From assembly GCA_016182185.1 (NCBI GenBank), contig JACOXU010000001.1, positions 338,915 through 402,914 on the forward strand: a DNA stretch of 64,000 nt. The letters run 5' to 3'. Shown piece after piece: positions 28,328 to 37,569 of this stretch. This DNA comes from Candidatus Levyibacteriota bacterium (GTDB lineage: Bacteria; Patescibacteriota; Microgenomatia; Levybacterales; UBA12049). Position numbers and translations under genes: made by a program. Numbering within the stretch: the first letter of the stretch is position 1; each line of letters starts with the position of its first letter. The notes below the pieces were generated by a model, which did not search any database, was not told where the DNA came from, and saw nothing but the letters and a program-made list of their open reading frames with translations.

Positions 28328-28353
28328 TATTGAATTTGTGCTACAATAACAGT

Positions 28354-28689
28354 ATGAATCTTAAAGCTCTTCAGGAAAAAATAAAATTGCTTAATGAGAA
28401 AACAAAACCTCACTATAAATTATATTCTCAAACAGAAAAAGAGATACTAACCAAAACCGTCAAATTAAATGAAGAGGTAGGAGAACTATGTAATGATATT
28501 TTGTCCGTTCTCAAGCTTCAAAGACGTGCAAAACTTCAAAAATTTGACAGAAGAAATATTTATCAAGAATTTGCAGATGTCATCATTACGACTATTCAAC
28601 TTGCTCAAGTTGCAGGCGTAGATATAAACAGAGCCGTCGGAGATAAACTTAAAAAAATTGAAGAAAAATATCTAAAACACAAGAAATGA
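28354..28689 (+). CDS. MazG-like nucleotide pyrophosphohydrolase (small single-domain form)
   Basis: EEVGELCNDIL and EFADVIITTIQLA helices match the MazG/NTP-PPase EExxE/D fold. ATG at 28354 preferred over TTG at 28330. Confidence 0.7.
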   Translation: MNLKALQEKIKLLNEKTKPHYKLYSQTEKEILTKTVKLNEEVGELCNDILSVLKLQRRAKLQKFDRRNIYQEFADVIITTIQLAQVAGVDINRAVGDKLKKIEEKYLKHKK

Positions 28690-28985
28690 CAGATTTTACC
28701 AATATTTTCAATGCAGTTTCGAAAATTTCTAGAGGTAAAGTCGCAACTTATAAACAAATTGCAAAGATCACAGGAGTCAAAAATCCAAGATATGTAGGTT
28801 TTGCAATTCATCGAAATACAAATATTGTCAAAGTTCCCTGTCACCGTGTAGTAAAATCTGACGGAAAATTAGCAACCGGCTATGCTCATGGAGGAATGAA
28901 AAAACAAAAAGAAATGCTTGAGAAAGAAGGGATTAAATTCGAAAAAGGCAAGATAGATCTTAAGAAATTTCTCTACTCTCTGTAG
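28686..28985 (+). CDS. methylated-DNA-protein-cysteine methyltransferase, DNA-binding/active-site domain only
   Basis: 99 aa. Active-site PCHRVV is present, so the Cys is retained. Lacks the N-terminal Ada/Ogt domain. Overlaps the mazG-like stop by 4 nt. Confidence 0.8.
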   Translation: MTDFTNIFNAVSKISRGKVATYKQIAKITGVKNPRYVGFAIHRNTNIVKVPCHRVVKSDGKLATGYAHGGMKKQKEMLEKEGIKFEKGKIDLKKFLYSL

Positions 28986-28988
28986 CAA

Positions 28989-29729
28989 TCAGGCAGCAGC
29001 AAATAAAGCAATTGCTAAATGTTTATATGCATGAGGGTTTGCAACAAGCGCTGAGTGGGTACCTGGCACTTCTATATTTTTTGCTTGAGGACTAGAATCA
29101 ACAGTAGATCTCCAGTGCGCAACTCCATCTTCCTTTGTATAGATATAGGTTGTCTTTATCCCTTCGGGTAATGGTAGAGATAATTGTTCTCTTCTATGCT
29201 TAAGTTCATCGGGATTGCTGAAAGAGGGCACTATCATTCTTGCCCAAGTCAAGACCAGAGGATTAACGTCTTCTTCAAAATCACCGATTGGCCCGCCAAG
29301 AGATGAAAAACTTGCAACTTCATTGGGATTTAAATGACATATACCTCTTCCTACCACCTCTCCTAAGCTATGACCCACTATATGGACTTTCTGTCCCTCT
29401 TGTTTATGAATCTCTTTTACTCTTTTAGATAGTCTTTTAATTTCGCTCTCTGGGTCTCTGTGATAAATAATTTCCGAATTATACACAGTGTAATTTATTC
29501 TTCCCAGGAAAGTATTGAGATCAAAAAGGCTTAAATCACTTCCGGTAAAACCGGGAATTGTAAGTACGGGGCTTTTATGATCGTGAGGAACGCCAATTCC
29601 GTAATAAACAGGATAAAACCGAATGTTTAAAAATTCCCCAAGCGCCCGTGCCTCGTTTAACAAAGGTTTTCGACCGTTTTCGTGTACAGATTGAGCAGCA
29701 ATGCCTCTTTCGGCAAGCGCTAGGGCCAT
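28989..29729 (-). CDS. alpha/beta hydrolase (lipase/esterase-like)
   Basis: GxSxG nucleophile elbow HIVGHSLGEVVG. 246 aa. No signal peptide. Confidence 0.55.
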   Translation of the reverse strand: MALALAERGIAAQSVHENGRKPLLNEARALGEFLNIRFYPVYYGIGVPHDHKSPVLTIPGFTGSDLSLFDLNTFLGRINYTVYNSEIIYHRDPESEIKRLSKRVKEIHKQEGQKVHIVGHSLGEVVGRGICHLNPNEVASFSSLGGPIGDFEEDVNPLVLTWARMIVPSFSNPDELKHRREQLSLPLPEGIKTTYIYTKEDGVAHWRSTVDSSPQAKNIEVPGTHSALVANPHAYKHLAIALFAAA

Positions 29730-29762
29730 AAAATATAAATTCCTACCCTGATTAAATACCTT

Positions 29763-30449
29763 TTAGGCTGCCTTGTCAACTGGTGTTTGACAAATCTCCG
29801 TGATATTATTAAATACCTGCGGGTTTTTATGAAGACTTCGATGCTGACCAGAAATTTCTACTGATAATTTTGCCCTTTCATCAAAGCAGTCCTTCCAATT
29901 GAAGGCTTCGTCATCTTTTGAATACATGCAGATTAAATCATAATCATATGGCATAGAAGTTGTAGGAATTGCGCTTAAGAAACTATTATAAGACGCGTTT
30001 CCATCGATAATAGTCCTAGCAATTTCCTTATATGGTCCTTTTGCAGCCTCGGCAACATGCTTTCTTATTGGAGTACCTACAAGAACTACTCGTTGAATCT
30101 TTTTAGGCCTATACATTGCAGCTACAAAAGTGTAAATTCCGCCAAGGCTTAAGCCTACAAATGTTATTTTTTGTCCGGTTTGCTCAAAAATTTTATCGAT
30201 TCTTGAAAGAATTCCCAAAATATCATTTTTGGGATTTCTTTTTCGAGAATCTTCTATTCCCGATTCAAAAACCTTAAACCCATAACTGCTAAGCCAATCT
30301 CTCATGTTCCCCATATTTTTATCAGAACGAAGTACTGGGGGAACTATTAAAACTGGGTGGCCGTTGCCACGGGGCGCTTCGACTTGATTTACTCCATTTT
30401 CAGGGAGCCATAATTTCTTGCTGGGTAGATCGATTTCTGTTTGAACCAT
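29763..30449 (-). CDS. alpha/beta hydrolase (lipase/esterase-like), paralog of neighbour
   Basis: GxSxG motif TFVGLSLGGIYTF. 228 aa. Confidence 0.55.
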   Translation of the reverse strand: MVQTEIDLPSKKLWLPENGVNQVEAPRGNGHPVLIVPPVLRSDKNMGNMRDWLSSYGFKVFESGIEDSRKRNPKNDILGILSRIDKIFEQTGQKITFVGLSLGGIYTFVAAMYRPKKIQRVVLVGTPIRKHVAEAAKGPYKEIARTIIDGNASYNSFLSAIPTTSMPYDYDLICMYSKDDEAFNWKDCFDERAKLSVEISGQHRSLHKNPQVFNNITEICQTPVDKAA

Positions 30450-30489
30450 TTTTGGAATTTAGCAAAATTGCAAAAAATTGTCAATTAAC

Positions 30490-32010
30490 CTATGTATAAC
30501 CCGGGAAATAATCAGTCTTGATCATTTTTCTGTCAATTCCCATATTGGTTAATATTTTTTCGAATGATTTGATCATTTCATGAGGGCCCGATAAATAAAA
30601 ATAATGGTTCTTATAATCAGGGACTTCTTTTTTTATCATATTTTCGTCAATTCTTCCGATCTTTCCTTTCCAGTCTTTGGGGACATTTTCAGTATCGGTT
30701 AATGTATAAACGATTTTTATACCAAGCTGAGATTCTGCTCTGTCAAAGACATCTTCGTACATTATCTCCGAAGATATTTTATTTGCATAAAAGAGTGTTA
30801 TTCTACGTCTTGAGTTCGTATCAATAAGAAATTTAATTATGCTTCGAAATGGCGTAATGCCTATTCCGCCTGCTATAAAAACTAGTTTCAGATTTGCATC
30901 CTGTGGCAGAGTAAATTCACCTGCTATTTGACTTGCTACAATAGTATCTGTTTTTTCAATAGAGGAAAGCGCTCTCTTAAAGCTACTTCCGTCTTGACTG
31001 AATTTCACTCCAAGATGGATATAATTTTCCCCAGGAGAAGAGGCAATTGTAAAAAATCTACGATTCCCTCTACCATCAATATTTTTGTGAGGAAGGGTCC
31101 ATTCCATATATTGACCCGGAATAAAAGTGAATTTTTTGTCTGGGACAAATGAAAAATCAATTACTTCGGGACTTATCTTTATTTTTTCCTTAAGCTTCAA
31201 GAAAAGTTTATATCTGGGGCTTACTATAAATGAAAATACGTTCCCCAATACCAAAGCCAGTTCAGGCGTAGAATAAATATTTCCAATATGTAAATAGGGC
31301 ATATAAAGAAATCCTACGATCGCGCCATAAATTATCTGAAGTTTTTTAGTTGGAGGGGTTGTAGCAGGCTCTGTGAGCATGATAAAAGCCAGGAATAAAA
31401 AAACCGAATTGAAAAATATGTTTTGGGAATTAGTTAAAAAATTGTCGGCATTAATGAAACTAAAAATTGCTAAGGCTAGAAATAGAGAGACAAAAAAGCT
31501 CAAAACCATCAGTTCTCGATTAATTTTCCTTACAATTAAAAATCCTCCAATAAACAGAAACGGGCTCATCGCAGAAATACCTATCCACCAGCTTGCATAT
31601 TGATTAGTCAAAATTCCCGCTATGACAACAGAAATTGCAGCAGGGTTAAAAATATGTTTTTTCCCGATTGCGAGAATATATTTTGAAAGCATTGCCAGCG
31701 TTGCAGTAAAAGATAAGAAAATAAACCCATTTACTGAAAAAACAGGAGTAATCAAAAAAGTAAGAATAAGAGCTGTAATATAGATAGAATCTGAATTTGT
31801 ACTTGCCTTGAGGATGAATGAAAATATTTTATTAGCAATATAAGATACAACGGTAAGAACAGTTACTGAGAAGATAATTTCGTGTACTTTAAGATGAATT
31901 ATTTCAAAGAAACTCAAGATTATTGCAATTCCAAATAAAAACGTTAAAACATACAAGATAAGTTTGTACATTGTAACTCTATCCAAAATATAATCGATCT
32001 TCTCAAGCAT
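30490..32010 (-). CDS. membrane-bound FAD/NAD(P)-binding oxidoreductase: polytopic N-terminal domain fused to FNR-type reductase module
   Basis: N-terminal 270 aa with about 8-9 TM helices. C-terminus has PGQYMEW...RRFFTIASSP (FAD RxYS-type) and GGIGITPF (NAD(P) binding) motifs. Confidence 0.7.
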   Translation of the reverse strand: MLEKIDYILDRVTMYKLILYVLTFLFGIAIILSFFEIIHLKVHEIIFSVTVLTVVSYIANKIFSFILKASTNSDSIYITALILTFLITPVFSVNGFIFLSFTATLAMLSKYILAIGKKHIFNPAAISVVIAGILTNQYASWWIGISAMSPFLFIGGFLIVRKINRELMVLSFFVSLFLALAIFSFINADNFLTNSQNIFFNSVFLFLAFIMLTEPATTPPTKKLQIIYGAIVGFLYMPYLHIGNIYSTPELALVLGNVFSFIVSPRYKLFLKLKEKIKISPEVIDFSFVPDKKFTFIPGQYMEWTLPHKNIDGRGNRRFFTIASSPGENYIHLGVKFSQDGSSFKRALSSIEKTDTIVASQIAGEFTLPQDANLKLVFIAGGIGITPFRSIIKFLIDTNSRRRITLFYANKISSEIMYEDVFDRAESQLGIKIVYTLTDTENVPKDWKGKIGRIDENMIKKEVPDYKNHYFYLSGPHEMIKSFEKILTNMGIDRKMIKTDYFPGYT

Positions 32011-32016
32011 AGTAAA

Positions 32017-34428
32017 TTAGAATTTAAATTTATATTTCTTTATTGCCAGTAAAGTAAGGATAATAAATATTGCAAGTGTAATTGATGCAATCTTAAGACT
32101 GCTAAAAAAACTGTCTGTATTATAGATCATTTCAACTCTGTGATTGCCTTTGCCGATAGGTACGGCTCTGAAAGTATAATTGGCGCGAAGAATCTTTCCT
32201 TCCCTGCCATCAATAAATACCTTAAATTTATTGGAATAATTATCAGAAAGATAAAAAAGAGTCGGATTTTCTGTTTTAATATCAATCGATATGCTATTTG
32301 GAGAATAATTAATTATTTTTGCTTCTCCTTGATAATTACTCGGGACAAATCCAGGGTTTTCCTCCAAAATTACCTCATTTGGATTGAATTCATCACTGAA
32401 TAAATATCTTAACAAACTCTCATTATCTGAAATTACTTTATAGCTGCCTGTGGTAAAAAATCTAAGCATTGAATTATTATATTGGTATATTTCCCAGTTT
32501 TTATTCTCCCAAATTAAACTAAATTTATCTTGCGGAATTCTTTTTATCCCTTCTCTTGATTTTTTATCAACAGCGATAAATTTTGTGCCTGTCAATTCGA
32601 GAAATCTATAAAGTCTTTGATTATCTGCCTGGAAAAATTCATTCGGATTTATTTCTAAGTCAATTGCAATTTTTTCCGGAATATCAAAATCTTCAAATTT
32701 CATATATCTGACCAGTTCTCCGTATCTTCTAATATACATGGAGCCAATTCCCTCGGGAGAAAATATCCCAAATTGCAAAGGGATGCTTGGAACAATATGA
32801 CCTTTACCAATACTTATAAATCGATCGAGCCCTTGGTGATCTTTAAGAAATTCAAATATCGGATGTGGAGGATATAGAAATTCTCTTTGGGAAAAGGGTA
32901 TATATTTTTGGCCAAAAAGGAAACTTTGAAAAAACAAAAGCGAAGTTATAGCAGTGAAAAAAAGCCAGCTTTTATATTTATCTCTGAAAATATATATTGC
33001 AATCCATACTACAAAAAATGTTGCCATGGGAATTATCGAATTTTTAAATCTTATTGCCTCAAAGCTTGTATTGATTCCTGTTCTGTCAACTTTATTCAAA
33101 ATATCCGGGTCTCTTATAACCGGCAACGTGATGAAGAGAAACAAAATAAGAACTGAAAGGCTGGTTAAAAAGAATGCCTTTTTGATAATTTTAAAAACAT
33201 CAACTTTCTTTTCCCCAATGAGAAAATCAAAACCGAACGCTGCCAAAACAGAAAAGGAAAAAGTGGATATAAGAAAAATCCTGTTAGGCAAAAATGAGCT
33301 CAAAAGCGGAATAGAAGGAGAAACTGCAAGTTTTGAGACAGGATTATCAATTGCAATAAGAAATGAGAGCAAAAAACTTGCGATAAAGAACCACTCTTCT
33401 TTGACTTTTTGTTTTAAAAAAGCGATGAATGACAAAATCAACGGAATTACGCCGATAAACAGAACCGCTTCTTTATATGGACTTTTACCAAAATAATTAT
33501 AAACTGCAGGATTTCCCCAAAAATCAGGAATAAAAAGGGCAAATATATGTTCGATCGGCATCAAATGTTGATAGGAAAAAATCTTTCCTTCAAGAGCTAC
33601 CCTTGGTGCCTCAAGAAGAGTCTCAACTGCGGGAGTTATATGGGAAAGAGTAATTAATGGAAAAACAAAAAAGGGAATTAAGATTAGATATTTTCTTTTT
33701 ATATTTTTTTCTTTATAAAAAAATAGTTTCAACAATGTATAGCCTAATGAAAATATAAAAATATAAAATGTGAACTGAAACCATCCCGCCAAAAGAGAAA
33801 ATGACAAAGAAAAAAGAATTATCCACAAAAATCTCAATTTTTTTGTTTTAAAAAACGATTCTATTCCCCAAAAAACGTATGGTAACCAAATTAATGTGTG
33901 GCCTACACTTAAACCCTCAACAGAACGAACAATCACAATTCCCGAAAAAGCAAAAGCCAAAGCGCCAAGAGTTGCTGGTCTGGCACTCAAAGTAGTTTTT
34001 AAAAACAAATACATTCCGATTCCGGCAATAATAGGTTCTATAATTATTAAAAATGTCCAAGCATCAATCTGGGAAAAGATTAGAAATAAAAAATTTAGCG
34101 GATAAAATATGGCAGTTTCCGAAAGTCCCAGGTGATAATTGCCAGAAAAAGAATAAGGATTCCAAAAAGGAATTTCCCAATTATTAAGAAGGGTGTTTGA
34201 GAAAGTTCTCTGCGGATAGAAAATCCAAAGATCATCTTTTCCGACAGGTTTGTTGGGAATTCCCGTTTCCCAGTCGGGAAATTTTTCAATCGACCAGGGG
34301 CTGAAAAATGAAGAAAGAAGATTGGCAGAAAATGGAATTTTGTTTTGTAAAAATACTTGCCAGAATAGCAAAAACGTTGCTGATAATAATATTGCTAAAA
34401 AAAATAACGTTCCTGCCCATTTATTCAT
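32017..34428 (-). CDS. YfhO family GT-C membrane glycosyltransferase
   Basis: 803 aa. Many N-terminal TMs, a large extracytoplasmic domain, and a C-terminal TM. Architecture and length match YfhO. Confidence 0.6.
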   Translation of the reverse strand: MNKWAGTLFFLAILLSATFLLFWQVFLQNKIPFSANLLSSFFSPWSIEKFPDWETGIPNKPVGKDDLWIFYPQRTFSNTLLNNWEIPFWNPYSFSGNYHLGLSETAIFYPLNFLFLIFSQIDAWTFLIIIEPIIAGIGMYLFLKTTLSARPATLGALAFAFSGIVIVRSVEGLSVGHTLIWLPYVFWGIESFFKTKKLRFLWIILFSLSFSLLAGWFQFTFYIFIFSLGYTLLKLFFYKEKNIKRKYLILIPFFVFPLITLSHITPAVETLLEAPRVALEGKIFSYQHLMPIEHIFALFIPDFWGNPAVYNYFGKSPYKEAVLFIGVIPLILSFIAFLKQKVKEEWFFIASFLLSFLIAIDNPVSKLAVSPSIPLLSSFLPNRIFLISTFSFSVLAAFGFDFLIGEKKVDVFKIIKKAFFLTSLSVLILFLFITLPVIRDPDILNKVDRTGINTSFEAIRFKNSIIPMATFFVVWIAIYIFRDKYKSWLFFTAITSLLFFQSFLFGQKYIPFSQREFLYPPHPIFEFLKDHQGLDRFISIGKGHIVPSIPLQFGIFSPEGIGSMYIRRYGELVRYMKFEDFDIPEKIAIDLEINPNEFFQADNQRLYRFLELTGTKFIAVDKKSREGIKRIPQDKFSLIWENKNWEIYQYNNSMLRFFTTGSYKVISDNESLLRYLFSDEFNPNEVILEENPGFVPSNYQGEAKIINYSPNSISIDIKTENPTLFYLSDNYSNKFKVFIDGREGKILRANYTFRAVPIGKGNHRVEMIYNTDSFFSSLKIASITLAIFIILTLLAIKKYKFKF

Positions 34429-35690
34429 TTATTTTTAATTTCTTTTTTTACAATGTCAAAAATTTCTTGATCGTCCCCCTCATATCCCAGTGCCCAAAAA
34501 GCGATTCCTCCAAGCGCTCTTTCTTTGGCAAACTTTATCTTTTCCGTAATGGATTTTTCATCCTCATAATAAATCTGCCTTATCTCACCGTACTGACTAA
34601 AGGAAAGCCACGGTGATTTGGCGACATTGTCCCAATGTTTTTTAACATCATCCCTTTCTTTCAAGATTTCCTTGACTCTTTTATATGTAGCAAGAGCGCC
34701 ACTTTGGGGAATTACTGAGGATTTGTTGCTTTCAGTTACTGTCTGCCATTCATAACCATAAAGAGGGACCGCCAAAATAATTTTTTGACTATCAACTCTT
34801 CCATTTAAAGCATGGACAGACTCCCAAATACTATGTTCGTTCTGTTCGCCATAAAGAGGAGCTACAGGGCCTGCAAAGATTGAATTTTGTTGACGGTAAT
34901 CGTATGCCATGATAATTACCTGATCAACGGCCCTGCCTATTCTTGTCATATTGAAAGCATTATCAGTCAAAACTGCTGTTGCATTCACGTCAATTGAAAT
35001 TATAATTTCCGGATTTTCTTTTTTTAAATTCTGGGAAATTTCTTCAAGAAAACCATTAAGATATTTTGAAGTTGGAAATTCTATATCGGCATCAGTTATA
35101 TATTCAAAATCAATATTTATTCCATCTAAGTTATACTTATTAATAAGATTTACTAGTTGCCTTATTAAATTTTTTGTCGCATTTTCGTTACTTATAATTT
35201 TGTCTATTGTGGTATTATCGAAAGATTTTATCGCGAGTAAAATTTTTGTTCCATTTTCTCTTGCCTCGGCTCTAATCTTCGTAAAATAAGAGGAGTTAAA
35301 ATAAGTCCATTCTGCTACTGAAATTCCGTTTTCATCATATTGAACTAATTCTCCGTCCTCATTTACTCCCACCCCAAAGTATATTATCTGACTAAAATTT
35401 GCGGTATCTACGCTAGTTCTTTTGGCAATGGACCAGGAGGGCAAAAATCCAATTATGTCCTTAGTCGAATTATAATTTAAAAACTTAGTTGGATAAATAG
35501 TCCGGTTAATTCTATCTTCGGCATTTTTACTTGGGGCCTGATTAACGCTTGCCCACCTGAATACGAAAAATAAAGAGATTGATAATAAAATTAAAAGTAA
35601 AAAGATAACGGCAAGATTTTCTTTTTTTCTTCGTTTTGCGATGAAGTCAAAATAAGACACAGAAGGAATTCTAAAGCCTTCTTTTTTCAT
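34425..35690 (-). CDS. glycoside hydrolase family 18 (chitinase-like) protein, membrane-anchored
   Basis: Catalytic DxxDxDxE motif as LDGINIDFEY. N-terminal TM anchor. Overlaps yfhO start by 4 nt. Confidence 0.8.
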   Translation of the reverse strand: MKKEGFRIPSVSYFDFIAKRRKKENLAVIFLLLILLSISLFFVFRWASVNQAPSKNAEDRINRTIYPTKFLNYNSTKDIIGFLPSWSIAKRTSVDTANFSQIIYFGVGVNEDGELVQYDENGISVAEWTYFNSSYFTKIRAEARENGTKILLAIKSFDNTTIDKIISNENATKNLIRQLVNLINKYNLDGINIDFEYITDADIEFPTSKYLNGFLEEISQNLKKENPEIIISIDVNATAVLTDNAFNMTRIGRAVDQVIIMAYDYRQQNSIFAGPVAPLYGEQNEHSIWESVHALNGRVDSQKIILAVPLYGYEWQTVTESNKSSVIPQSGALATYKRVKEILKERDDVKKHWDNVAKSPWLSFSQYGEIRQIYYEDEKSITEKIKFAKERALGGIAFWALGYEGDDQEIFDIVKKEIKNK

Positions 35691-35753
35691 ATCTTAATAA
35701 TAGCAAATAATCATAATTAGAACTATAAATGAGATTGTGGTAGTATTGGGCTT

Positions 35754-36263
35754 ATGAAAATCAAAATCGGGATTTTAACCGCTATAATTTTTGTAATATT
35801 TATTTTGGGAGTTTCACGCCTATTATTCGCAAGGACAAGTAATAAAGTCCTAAATCCTGTAGTGGAATATATCACAAATACTCCTGCCCCAACACTAAAG
35901 CCAACCATAAAACCCACTAAAATTCCTAAACCAACTACTACTCCAATACCGACTCCAATTCCCACAGTGGTAACCTCGCAAGAATTGGAAAGTTTTTTCA
36001 TAAAATTCAGTACCGTTTACAAAGTTGATAAAGAACTATTAAAGCGTATTGCCAAATGTGAATCAAATCTAAACTCCAGCGCAGTCAATCGAAATTATGC
36101 GGGCTTGTTTCAATTTTCCGACCAATCATGGATATCGACTAGAAACAGTATGGATCTCGATACAAACCCAGATCTTCGTTTTAATTCGGAGGAATCTATA
36201 CGAACAGCTGCATTTATGATTTCACAAAATAAGCTTAGTATTTGGCCAAATTGTAATAAATAA
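35754..36263 (+). CDS. transglycosylase-like (Rpf/SLT-type lysozyme-like domain) protein with Pro/Thr linker
   Basis: C-terminal IAKCESNLNSSAVNRNYAGLFQFSDQSW matches the transglycosylase-like CES...G..QF...W core. N-terminal TM. PTxKP repeats. Confidence 0.7.
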   Translation: MKIKIGILTAIIFVIFILGVSRLLFARTSNKVLNPVVEYITNTPAPTLKPTIKPTKIPKPTTTPIPTPIPTVVTSQELESFFIKFSTVYKVDKELLKRIAKCESNLNSSAVNRNYAGLFQFSDQSWISTRNSMDLDTNPDLRFNSEESIRTAAFMISQNKLSIWPNCNK

Positions 36264-36275
36264 GTAACTTTAGCC

Positions 36276-36304
36276 TTGTAGTGAGCCACAAACTGTACTA
36301 TAAT
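36276..36304 (+). promoter_or_regulatory. sigma70-type promoter: TTGTAG-17 nt-TATAAT upstream of HlyD/ABC operon
   Basis: Perfect -10 TATAAT at 36299-36304, a -35-like TTGTAG at 36276-36281, and a 17-nt spacer. ATG at 36339. Confidence 0.5.
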
Positions 36305-36338
36305 CAGAACTGTATCTGCTCCGCCGTTTTATTAGTTT

Positions 36339-37568
36339 ATGAATTTATTCAAAAGAATTATCTCTCCCTTGCTAAAGCTTTCTTTCAGACAAAAGACTAT
36401 CATAATCGTAATAGCTACAGTTATCCTATTTATCGCATATAAACAGATATCAGCCCGTTTTGGTCCCAATAAATATATGACAGAACCTGCAAAGAAAGCT
36501 ACGATTGTTGAAGTTGTATCTGAAACAGGAGAAATTAGTGCAACAGGAAGAGTTGATGTCTACTCACCCACTAACGGAGTTGTAGAAAATGTAATGGTTA
36601 AAAACGCTCAGAACATTTCCGAAGGTCAAGATTTATTTACTGTAAAAAGTAGTGCAACCGAACAGGAGCAAAAGGCCGCTTACTCAAATTACCTTACTAC
36701 TCAGACAACTTTAAATACTGCAAATTCACAAGCCTTTATTTTAAGATCTGAGATGTTTACAAAATGGAAAGCTTATTATGACTTGTCAACCAATTCAACT
36801 TATCAAAATCCAGATGGGGCCCCGAAAGAAAAAGAAAGAGAAGCAGCTGAATTTCAAATAGCAAGAGACAATTGGTTTGCTGCCGAAAAGAAATACAAGG
36901 ATCAACAAACTCAAGTTTCACAAGCTCAGGCGCAATCTGGATCTGCCTGGCTGTTGTATCAAGCCACGCAAAATGCCCAGATTAAAGCACCCTCTAGTGG
37001 TAGCATAGCAAACCTTGCGATCACCTCGGGAAGTTCTGTTGAAATAAAAAGTCCTACGGGTCTTACGACCGTATTGCCTGCTCTAACTATCGCAAGCCTC
37101 AAAATCCCAGAAGCTGTCGTTTCTTTAAATGAAACAGATATCACCAAGGTTAAAGAGGGTCAGGAAGCAGAAATTGACGTAAATGCAACTGAGAAGATTT
37201 ACAAAGGAATCGCAAGAAGAGTGGATAGCATAGGAACTGATGACCAAGGAGTTATCAGATACAACGTTTATATAGAAATATTAAAACCAGATGAGAAGCT
37301 TCGCTCGGGCATGGCGGCAGATATATCAATTATCACCAATAAAGTGTCTAATGCACTTTCTGTTCCAAATTCTGCGGTAAGGCCATATCAAGGAGGAAGG
37401 GCAGTTAGGATCCCTGACAGGAAAGGAGAGATAAAATATATCCCTATCGTTACCGGTATAAAGGGTGAACAAAAAACGCAAATATTAAAAGGAATTTCTG
37501 AGGGACAAAATGTTATTACAGCTCTTTCTAACGAGCAACTTAAAAGACCTGGCTTATTCGGTAATTAA
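36339..37568 (+). CDS. HlyD/MacA-family periplasmic adaptor subunit
   Basis: 409 aa. N-terminal TM, long coiled-coil region, and C-terminal beta-barrel-like region. Followed by ABC ATPase and FtsX-like permease (a MacAB-type arrangement). Confidence 0.7.
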   Translation: MNLFKRIISPLLKLSFRQKTIIIVIATVILFIAYKQISARFGPNKYMTEPAKKATIVEVVSETGEISATGRVDVYSPTNGVVENVMVKNAQNISEGQDLFTVKSSATEQEQKAAYSNYLTTQTTLNTANSQAFILRSEMFTKWKAYYDLSTNSTYQNPDGAPKEKEREAAEFQIARDNWFAAEKKYKDQQTQVSQAQAQSGSAWLLYQATQNAQIKAPSSGSIANLAITSGSSVEIKSPTGLTTVLPALTIASLKIPEAVVSLNETDITKVKEGQEAEIDVNATEKIYKGIARRVDSIGTDDQGVIRYNVYIEILKPDEKLRSGMAADISIITNKVSNALSVPNSAVRPYQGGRAVRIPDRKGEIKYIPIVTGIKGEQKTQILKGISEGQNVITALSNEQLKRPGLFGN

Positions 37569-37569
37569 A

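Noticed and set aside
35723-36001. 92-aa minus-strand ORF rich in GIGVG repeats
   Set aside because: Antisense shadow of the Pro/Thr-rich linker (PTPIPTPIPT) of the well-supported plus-strand transglycosylase-like gene.
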